A stretch of DNA of 32,000 bases, taken from the NCBI GenBank assembly GCA_027460535.1, contig JAPZAR010000034.1, positions 1-32,000 on the forward strand, in the 5' to 3' direction. Under the pieces are notes generated by a model that was given only the letters and a program-made list of their open reading frames with translations, did not search any database and was not told where the DNA came from. This document shows, piece after piece, positions 15,774 through 22,318 of the stretch. Numbering within the stretch: position 1 is the first letter of the stretch; each line of letters starts with the position of its first letter. A program made the translations under genes and the position numbers. Origin of the DNA: Candidatus Methanoperedens sp. (lineage in GTDB: Archaea > Halobacteriota > Methanosarcinia > Methanosarcinales > Methanoperedenaceae).

Positions 15774-15847
15774 GGGATAGCGCGGATTTGAACCGCGGTC
15801 TAAGCGTCCCAAACGCTCAAGGATGGACCAGGCTACCCTACTATCCC
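15774..15847 (-). tRNA. tRNA-Pro (anticodon UGG)
   Basis: The reverse complement is GGGATAGTAGGGTAGCCTGGTCCATCCTTGAGCGTTTGGGACGCTTAGACCGCGGTTCAAATCCGCGCTATCCC. It has a 7-bp acceptor stem, an AGCCTGGTCC D-loop, anticodon loop TT-TGG-GA and T-arm CGCGG-TTCAAAT-CCGCG. CCA is not encoded. Confidence 0.92.
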
Positions 15848-15903
15848 GTCGGGCGTCTAACTAACAGCCTGATAAGATAAAATCTTTACCCTCATTAAAG
15901 TAA

Positions 15904-16149
15904 TTATTCACGACATTTTTCTTTCATGCCCTGCTTTATGCCCCACGATGCCCACATCAAACCCAGTATGGCTATCACTGCCAGAAGCACGACCAGGATA
16001 ACGGCTATCTTTTGAAAAAGGCTGAATGAAGAAGCGAAGAATGCAACATAAATTATTGCAAAGATCAACCCGCCGAATAAAACTACTATGGATACAGCAA
16101 CTCTTGGCGCAAGTCCCGGCGGCACTTCCCGGCTTTCATTTTGGTTCAT
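15904..16149 (-). CDS. Small two-TM membrane protein
   Basis: 81 aa. Strong GGAGGTG RBS about 9 nt upstream of the ATG. It has two long hydrophobic helices. Confidence 0.6.
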   Translation of the reverse strand: MNQNESREVPPGLAPRVAVSIVVLFGGLIFAIIYVAFFASSFSLFQKIAVILVVLLAVIAILGLMWASWGIKQGMKEKCRE

Positions 16150-16364
16150 ATATTATGCACCTCCTGCCAATCGGATTTTTATGCAATATTATCCACCACT
16201 CTTGTACAATGAACATATTTCTAAAACAGTTTCGCTCCCCAATAAGATTATATGACGGCTGAAGGAGTAATAGTTTTCGATGTAGTTAGGGACCTTTCAA
16301 ATATACAACAAACCGCAGATAAACGCAGATTTGTTGCTCTTCAGAAGCGGGAGATGCATATTAC

Positions 16365-16395
16365 AAAAAATTATATGCAATTTTCAGTAATATAA
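16365..16395 (-). terminator. Conserved 3' module with an oligo-T run, copy 1
   Basis: It starts directly after the stop of ORF 16396..16887. The minus strand reads ttatattactgaAAATTGCATATAATTTTTT. It aligns in the same register with 17154..17184, with about 25 of 31 identities by my count. Confidence 0.5.
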
Positions 16396-16887
16396 TCAGG
16401 ACTCTGACGATGGCCTTTTTTCCCTCAGGCTTGCAATTGATTTTTCTATATTGGCTTTATATTCGTCTAAATAACGGACTTTGTTGATTGTACTTAAGGC
16501 TCTAATGCTTCTAATAAAACCTAACAAATAAAGTAATGTACTCATTATACCGATTACAAAGTTAAGAATTATTACAGAATACGAATTTAACATACCGATA
16601 TAACTATATCCCAAAGTTGTTAATGCGCCAGCAAGAGAGAAAAATACCAAAACCTGCAAAATTGAAGTCGAAACCAAATATGATAACTCTTGGGAATTCG
16701 AATATTTAGATATTTCTTGAAGCTCTGACTCAAGTTCTTCTATTCTTGCTGTTGCACTACTTCTTGACCATGCAGCAATCCAATTTTTGACGATGGGTGT
16801 AACCAGGTTTCCAATTACAGATAGCAAAACCGCACCTAAGAGGGATATTGCCCAGTTAATTTGGTTTAATAAATCGAACAAAGCCAT
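16396..16887 (-). CDS. Hypothetical small multi-TM protein with a coiled-coil segment
   Basis: 163 aa. GAGGAAGAG lies upstream of the ATG. It has an N-terminal TM helix, then ARIEELESELQEISKY, two or three further TM helices and a charged helical tail. It sits in an AT-rich islet. Confidence 0.6.
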   Translation of the reverse strand: MALFDLLNQINWAISLLGAVLLSVIGNLVTPIVKNWIAAWSRSSATARIEELESELQEISKYSNSQELSYLVSTSILQVLVFFSLAGALTTLGYSYIGMLNSYSVIILNFVIGIMSTLLYLLGFIRSIRALSTINKVRYLDEYKANIEKSIASLREKRPSSES

Positions 16888-16950
16888 AATCTCTTCCTCG
16901 ACATATGTATTACTTAAATTTCATATTAATAAACTTTTGGTTTCGATAAC

Positions 16951-17096
16951 GAAGGAAAAGGAAAAAAGAAGAATGTACCTGCTTTTTATTGCAGTGCGCC
17001 CTATAGAAACGGTCTATTTCTGCAGATAGGTAATAGGATGCTTTGCATAATAAAATCCAACTGAGACCCTTTATGCGAAGAAGGAAAAGGAAAAAA
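16951..17096. repeat. Perfect 17-nt direct repeat GAAGGAAAAGGAAAAAA (16951-16967 and 17080-17096), with a 10-nt inverted repeat spanning its second copy
   Basis: Read directly from the sequence. The inverted-repeat arms are GAAACGGTCT (17006-17015) and AGACCGTTTC (17099-17108). On the minus strand the direct repeats read TTTTTTCCTTTTCCTTC. Confidence 0.8.
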
Positions 17097-17153
17097 TGAG
17101 ACCGTTTCAAATCGTGTGGTGAATTGAGACTATCTTTAAGAAATGAATATTAA

Positions 17154-17184
17154 AAAAAATTATACGCAATTTCAAATAATAGAG
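17154..17184 (-). terminator. Conserved 3' module with an oligo-T run, copy 2
   Basis: It starts directly after the stop of ORF 17185..17985. The minus strand reads ctctattatttgAAATTGCGTATAATTTTTTTT. It is homologous to 16365..16395. Confidence 0.5.
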
Positions 17185-17985
17185 CTACTTCTTTATAGAT
17201 GGAAATTTAAATTTTAATTGATTTATAATTGCATCATATGATACTTCATACTCTGTTCTATAATCCGCTGGGTGAGGAATTTTTCGATTAATAATAGGAA
17301 TCTCAATATGAATATCAGTTTTTTCATTGTATGTATATTGATTAAAATAAGTTATATCTGTTATTGGTAATTTTAGAACATTTCCTATAAATAAACAGAA
17401 ACCAAAGGGATAGTGAATAAATTCAGAAAGTAAATAAAATCCTCCATTTTCCCATAGGCCGACAATTCCAGAATTGAATAAAATGAGTTCAGTAGTAAGA
17501 TACATATACACTGAAAAATCAAATGGAAAATTCTGTGAATCTTTTTGTAAAAGATAATCTTTCAAATCAGGATGAGCCAGTTGAAAATTATTTCCATTTC
17601 TTGAGCAAAATATCGCAATTACTTGCTTAAAGAAACGAAGAGGATGTACATCCTGTAGTATTATTTCAATAGGTTTTGGTTTTCCAAACATCCGATTATC
17701 TGATAAATTACCCCGCTTCATATTATTCGACAAAATCATAGTCCATTTTTTGTATTCTTCGCCATATAGATGACCTGTAATGTTATTACAGCTTGAACAC
17801 AGACTATAATTTCCTACACCTTTTTGCTTTAGCTTACCTTTTTTAAAATATTTTCCTTCTGTGAGCAAAGGAAGCGCTTGAAACTCTTGTGACCGAAAAA
17901 AATTGAATGCCTTCTGCGGAGGCGTATGTTCAAATGATAGTTTACTTTGTTTTCCACAAATACAACATGTACCATGTTTGCTCAT
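17185..17985 (-). CDS. Hypothetical protein with an N-terminal HNH-like (HNH_5-like) zinc-ribbon motif
   Basis: 266 aa. The stretch CCICGKQSKLSFEHTPPQKAF ... LCSSCNNITG follows the CxxC..EH..P...CxxCN pattern of beta-beta-alpha-Me nucleases. The spacing between halves is longer than I remember for the family. The C-terminal roughly 170 aa are unrecognised. Confidence 0.6.
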   Translation of the reverse strand: MSKHGTCCICGKQSKLSFEHTPPQKAFNFFRSQEFQALPLLTEGKYFKKGKLKQKGVGNYSLCSSCNNITGHLYGEEYKKWTMILSNNMKRGNLSDNRMFGKPKPIEIILQDVHPLRFFKQVIAIFCSRNGNNFQLAHPDLKDYLLQKDSQNFPFDFSVYMYLTTELILFNSGIVGLWENGGFYLLSEFIHYPFGFCLFIGNVLKLPITDITYFNQYTYNEKTDIHIEIPIINRKIPHPADYRTEYEVSYDAIINQLKFKFPSIKK

Positions 17986-18252
17986 AGATAATTATCTCAT
18001 TGACTTTGATATTCCTTGATGATAACAACCAACACTAATTGAAACGTCTCTATTCAAGAAATCGTTTCAATACATTTTGGTGAATACATAGCGTTTTTCG
18101 CATGATGTTTGGCCTGTGTGACAATATAGCTATAATAGCGATTTCTATCTTTTCAGGTTTCATTTTATCAATTCATGCTGAGGAGCTGATAAGTATAGCA
18201 TTCCTAGCCGTTGAAGCACCGGTAAATATCTGAACCCTCATGCAGAAAAATA

Positions 18253-20538
18253 TCATCCCTTGTACTCCCCGCTCACAACTTCCTTTATCCTGTCCGCTGT
18301 CTTTGGCCCCACAAGCCCGACCTCCATCAATTCCTCGCGCGATGCAGCCATGATTTTTTGCACACTTCCGAAATGAAGCAGCAAGTTCCTTGCCACCGCA
18401 GGCCCGATCTCAGGGAGCGAAGAGATAACGTATTCCTGTTGCTCCTTAAGCGTAAGCGATGTCTTCTTCCCGTGCAGGCTTATTTCTTTCTTTGTATCGC
18501 TCTGCTCCCTCTTTGCCATTATATGTATCAGCGCTGCAGTATCCTCCTCGTCCCTGCTGAAGATGATAGGCACCCCGAAATCAATGGCGATCGAGGCAAG
18601 CACCCCGCGTATTGAGTTGGGATGTATCTGCCTTGCAGTATAGAGCCCTTCGCCTTCAATTACGAGTACAGGCCTTTCAAATGTGCGCGCAAGGTCGGAT
18701 ATCTGCCCAAAAAGGTCCCTTCCATCCATCAGAGTACTCAGGAAATCTTCGGCTGTTTTTCTCTCGATACCGACGCGCTCACTTATCACATAGTCTCCAA
18801 CTTCGAGCGTCTTCAAAACGATCTCAGCGCCAAGTTTTTCAAGCGTTCGTGCCACGCGGGAACGGATCTCCCTCTGGTCAACGAAAATTCTTATTGGGGA
18901 GTTCTCTGGTTGTATGCTCCCCGGGAAATCCAGAAGATTTTTTTGCCCACCAATATCATCTTTCAACTCATTCGAACTGGAGTCTTCTTTTTTTCTTGAT
19001 TGGAGTTCAAAGTCGTAATCGAGGTCCTTCATAGCCCTCATCATATTTTTCTCTTTCCTGCTGCTTGTCCAGTGATACGCTTCATCCTTTGAACCTTTAG
19101 CCATCAGTATTACGACACGTCCGGCATGTTTTCGTCCAGTTCTTCCTTTTCGCTGAATGCTTCTGATCTCGGAAGGAACGGGTTCGAAAAAAACAACAAG
19201 ATCGGTTGCCGGGATATCCAGCCCTTCCTCTGCCACGGAGGTAGCGACAAGGGTATTGTATTCCCCGTCCTTGAATTTTTGAATGATATCGACCTGCTGT
19301 TTCTGCGTCAGGCCGGTATCCTTGTATTTGCTTGCCTGTCCCACAAACCTCACGGGTTTTATTCCAGGCACTTCTTTAAGGGATTCTGAAACAAGTTCGG
19401 CGGTATCTCTGTAATTGGTGAAAACAATTACCCTTGATTGCGGGTTCTCAAGGATTTGCTTTTCAACTAATTCCCTGACAAGATTCAGCTTCGGATTATT
19501 GCCATTGCATCCCGAGAGGTGGTGCACTGCCTGGCGCATGCTCAGGTCTTCCATCAGACGCTTGGCAGCTTTGCTCCCGCTTCTTGATAGCGCTTCATTC
19601 TCAAGCCTCTCAAAATATTTGGAGAGCGCAGAGACTCCCTGCGTTTCCGCGATTTCTATTGCATGGCTGACCTTGAAGATCTCGGCAAGGAGCGAGATCC
19701 CCTGATATATTTTCTGGTCAGGGAAAGAACGAAGCTGGGACTGCATCTTTGCCTGGAGTTCCAGCATTTCCCTTTTCGATAATCTTTTCTGGTAGGGAGA
19801 TATGAATTTAAGCTCATGTAATTTATTGAGTCTGTCAGAGAGGACTTTATCCATCAATTGTTTCAGTCCTTTGATCTCAACCGGAACCGGGACATATTTC
19901 CATTCGATATCCTTATCGAAGACATATGGTCTGACATCAGGGTCAGAATCCGTTCGCATCTCGACCGAAGTGATATGAAGGTTTGCACAGACTTCCTGTA
20001 TCCTTGCAGGGTCGCTGCCCGGACTTGCGGTTATTCCCAGAACCAGTGGTTCCTTATTCTGCTGCGCATATTTCTCCGCAATGTAAACATACGAGTAATC
20101 GCCTGTTGCCCTGTGCGCTTCGTCAAAAATTATGCATGAGACATTTTCAAGGTTTATTTTCTTTCCCAGGATATCATTCTCAATGACCTGAGGGGTTGAA
20201 ACCACTACCCTGGCATTTTCCCACATGGAGGATCGTTTCTCCGGCGGTGTGTTGCCGGTGAACAGGACTACTTCTTCCAGAGGTATATTGAGGGTATTTT
20301 TAAAAAAGGCGGCATGCTGTTCCACGAGAGGTTTTGTTGGGGAGAGAATAAGGACTTTTCCTCTGGAAAGCCGAGAGACTATTACAAGCAGGGCGATGAT
20401 GGTTTTCCCGAGCCCCGTCGGAAGGACGATGAGAGTGGATTTATTTATGGCTTCCCCTGCAAGAGATAGCTGATATAATCTCTGCTCGACTGTAGCTGGC
20501 TTAATAAGAGGGTGATTAATATACTGCGTATCGCTCAA
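18253..20538 (-). CDS. hef: Hef: helicase-associated endonuclease for fork-structured DNA (XPF/FANCM homologue)
   Basis: 761 aa. It has SF2 helicase motifs (PTGLGKT, DEAH, TASPG, QRKGRTGR). An ERCC4 nuclease domain follows (VDQRE, GDYVISERVGIERK), then a C-terminal tandem helix-hairpin-helix. Confidence 0.95.
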   Translation of the reverse strand: MSDTQYINHPLIKPATVEQRLYQLSLAGEAINKSTLIVLPTGLGKTIIALLVIVSRLSRGKVLILSPTKPLVEQHAAFFKNTLNIPLEEVVLFTGNTPPEKRSSMWENARVVVSTPQVIENDILGKKINLENVSCIIFDEAHRATGDYSYVYIAEKYAQQNKEPLVLGITASPGSDPARIQEVCANLHITSVEMRTDSDPDVRPYVFDKDIEWKYVPVPVEIKGLKQLMDKVLSDRLNKLHELKFISPYQKRLSKREMLELQAKMQSQLRSFPDQKIYQGISLLAEIFKVSHAIEIAETQGVSALSKYFERLENEALSRSGSKAAKRLMEDLSMRQAVHHLSGCNGNNPKLNLVRELVEKQILENPQSRVIVFTNYRDTAELVSESLKEVPGIKPVRFVGQASKYKDTGLTQKQQVDIIQKFKDGEYNTLVATSVAEEGLDIPATDLVVFFEPVPSEIRSIQRKGRTGRKHAGRVVILMAKGSKDEAYHWTSSRKEKNMMRAMKDLDYDFELQSRKKEDSSSNELKDDIGGQKNLLDFPGSIQPENSPIRIFVDQREIRSRVARTLEKLGAEIVLKTLEVGDYVISERVGIERKTAEDFLSTLMDGRDLFGQISDLARTFERPVLVIEGEGLYTARQIHPNSIRGVLASIAIDFGVPIIFSRDEEDTAALIHIMAKREQSDTKKEISLHGKKTSLTLKEQQEYVISSLPEIGPAVARNLLLHFGSVQKIMAASREELMEVGLVGPKTADRIKEVVSGEYKG

Positions 20539-20671
20539 ACAATGAATAAATATCCCATATGATTATAAATCTAATGTGTGCGGGGAGAAAGTAATAAAAC
20601 AAGTAAGAAAACTTAATATATCCAGAGCAAGATTAACCATGTACAATCATTATATCCGGAGGTGAAAAAGC

Positions 20672-20833
20672 ATGTGCAGTGTCGGAGACGCGTTCAATAT
20701 AGAAATAACAGCGCTGAATGCTAAATTCTACAAGTGCGGAGATTGCAGGAACGAGTTCAGAGGTGTCGGGAAAAAAGTATTGTGTCCATCCTGTCACTCT
20801 GGCAATGTGAGTCTCATGTTCAAAGAGGAATGA
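20672..20833 (+). CDS. Small zinc-ribbon protein
   Basis: Missed by the ORF track at 53 aa. GGAGGTGA RBS at 20659-20666. Translates MCSVGDAFNIEITALNAKFYKCGDCRNEFRGVGKKVLCPSCHSGNVSLMFKEE, with CxxC...CxxC. Its stop overlaps the next start (ATGA). Confidence 0.65.
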   Translation: MCSVGDAFNIEITALNAKFYKCGDCRNEFRGVGKKVLCPSCHSGNVSLMFKEE

Positions 20834-21291
20834 CCCCGCTGGATCACAATGAAATGCTCCTCCTGCGAGGAAAGGAGGGCACCTTAGGCATTGTCAAAGC
20901 AGGAGAAAACAGGCAATTTTTTCTCGAGACGGAAAGGGAAGAGATACTTCTGGCACTTGATCCGGAAGACCTGCTCGTAGCCTCCGGTTTTGGCGCAGAC
21001 GAGAAGACAATAAAAGGATTAAGATGCGTACTTTACATGATACGTGAGGTCGGTTCGCCTTTTATCGTCCTGCCAAAGAAACATCCTGCATCAAAACGTC
21101 TTAAGATCGTGGTCTCTGCCGGCGGCAGGACGCGAATAAGCTGTAGGATAATACCCGGAACACATCCTGAGCAGGATATTCTGTGCGGGTCTGACGAATT
21201 TGACGGCATCGAGATCTCGGGTGTAAAAGGCGGGGTTGAGTTCAGGAATCTTACTGGCGGTATGATAGAACGTATTCCCTTTGAAATTTAA
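20830..21291 (+). CDS. Conserved-looking hypothetical protein
   Basis: The start is re-set to ATG 20830 (MTPLDHNEM, 153 aa) because of the ATGA coupling with the zinc-ribbon gene. The track's 20734 start would overlap that gene. No family is recognised. Confidence 0.6.
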   Translation: MTPLDHNEMLLLRGKEGTLGIVKAGENRQFFLETEREEILLALDPEDLLVASGFGADEKTIKGLRCVLYMIREVGSPFIVLPKKHPASKRLKIVVSAGGRTRISCRIIPGTHPEQDILCGSDEFDGIEISGVKGGVEFRNLTGGMIERIPFEI

Positions 21292-21647
21292 CTCTTAACA
21301 GCCCGCTTTAACGCCTCAATGGAAGGCGGAGCCCCAACGAAAGCTGGCTTGCCGTTAATGAATATTGTAGGAACAGCATGGACCCCATAGAAAGCGGCTT
21401 TTGCAAGACCTTGTGGAGTCGCGGTTGAAAGTTCAATTACCTGTATCCCGGGCACCTGCTCTGCAACCTCCTTTGCCATAACGAGTGCTCGCGGGCAGTG
21501 GGGGCATGTGGGCGACGTGAATACTTCTATAACATCAGATGGCCTTGGGGCTTTGATCTCTTGCTGCCGCTTCAACAGTTCTTTAAGTTTTTTCTTCTTT
21601 ATCAGCGCAAGTTCATTATCTTCGGTCATGCCGGATAAACCTGTCAT
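21288..21647 (-). CDS. Thioredoxin/glutaredoxin-like protein
   Basis: 119 aa. It has a CPHC active site within VIEVFTSPTCPHCPRA and a cis-Pro region (HAVPTIFINGK). It also has a Lys-rich N-terminal extension. The start codon is uncertain. Confidence 0.85.
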   Translation of the reverse strand: MTGLSGMTEDNELALIKKKKLKELLKRQQEIKAPRPSDVIEVFTSPTCPHCPRALVMAKEVAEQVPGIQVIELSTATPQGLAKAAFYGVHAVPTIFINGKPAFVGAPPSIEALKRAVKS

Positions 21648-21776
21648 GCACCATACATTATTCCCATGATGTATTCCTTTCTATTATCAGGAGCAGGCTT
21701 ACGCTAACTGCCTTCTGGCTAATCAGGACATTCAGAAAAAAAATTGGATTGATATTGTTATAACTTTCCAGCCAAA

Positions 21777-21965
21777 TTATGCACAAGCTAATTGACAGCT
21801 CATGCAAAATTTCTTATGGTGCGAGCATTCAAATTCTACCAATTCAAAAAATAGGGGCGTTTGAACTATTTTCAGCTTGTTGTATTTTACGTAAAGCGTC
21901 TCTATCGCTTTTTCGGTAAAACCTGCCCTCAATAATTTCACTCTTTCTTCAGCGGTTTCTAACAT
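21777..21965 (-). CDS. Small hypothetical protein with a Cys/His-rich C-terminus
   Basis: 62 aa. Strong GGAGGG RBS 3 nt before the ATG. The C-terminus is CSHHKKFCMSCQLAC. No family is recognised. Confidence 0.5.
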   Translation of the reverse strand: MLETAEERVKLLRAGFTEKAIETLYVKYNKLKIVQTPLFFELVEFECSHHKKFCMSCQLACA

Positions 21966-22108
21966 TGTCCCTCCGGATATGTCGACCTTCTTAGTTGCAT
22001 GATATACATGTTCATAATGTATATAATACTAATCATAAGGTTAATAGTTTTCGATAATAAAACAGATAAAAGACATGGTAACAAATCGTTAATCTCGAAA
22101 TCTCAGCT

Positions 22109-22276
22109 TCAATCTTTTCTTATATGGACATCCATTTGATTGAAGGGTATTTCAATTCCTTCCTCTTGGAACCTGGTGAACATTTCTCTGAAAATCCAGT
22201 CCATGACAGGGTGGGATTTCCATTGATTGTCTTGATGATCCAATTGTCTGAAATATGTTTCTATGCATATCGCAAA
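22109..22276 (-). pseudogene. Relic of the C-terminus of an MscS-family mechanosensitive channel
   Basis: Hand translation of the minus strand gives ...QWKSHPVMDWIFREMFTRFQEEGIEIPFNQMDVHIRKD*, bounded upstream by an in-frame TAA. FxEEGIEIPFPQxxVH is the conserved MscS C-terminal beta-barrel signature. Only about 40-55 codons remain. Confidence 0.55.
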
Positions 22277-22318
22277 TTACTTATATGTTATAATCATTTG
22301 AGTGATGGAAGTGAAATA

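Noticed and set aside
16787-17110. ORFs 16787..17029 (+) and 16910..17110 (-) in the islet spacer.
   Set aside because: They lie across purine- and pyrimidine-rich repeats and terminator-like T-runs. Their translations are low-complexity (FFLFLL, KEKEKRR). The region is better explained as non-coding repeat-rich spacer.
18102-18233. 43-aa hydrophobic plus-strand ORF (MMFGLCDNIAIIAISIFSGFILSIHAEELISIAFLAVEAPVNI) converging on the 3' end of hef.
   Set aside because: It has no RBS or promoter-like element and I recognise no similarity. It could be a micro-protein or a membrane-gene relic, but I cannot support it.
15774-18252. Integrated mobile element or provirus at tRNA-Pro.
   Set aside because: I found no integrase, transposase, or direct repeat of the tRNA 3' end. 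The AT-rich islet lies on the 5' side of the tRNA, with a GC-normal gene in between. It is reported only as an accessory islet, not as a mobile element.
18358-20473. Plus-strand ORFs inside the hef locus (18358..18615, 18612..19034, 18622..18999, 19126..19389, 19415..19705, 19858..20139, 19983..20186, 20225..20473).
   Set aside because: All are shadow ORFs opposite the continuous 761-aa Hef reading frame.
20734-20829. Longer start for ORF 20734..21291.
   Set aside because: It would overlap the well-supported zinc-ribbon gene (strong RBS, CxxC pairs). The ATGA coupling at 20830 gives a cleaner model.
22124-22318. 65-aa N-terminal extension of the FKBP ORF in the track.
   Set aside because: A canonical signal peptide and lipobox start at 22319. 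The extension is the antisense of an MscS C-terminal relic.
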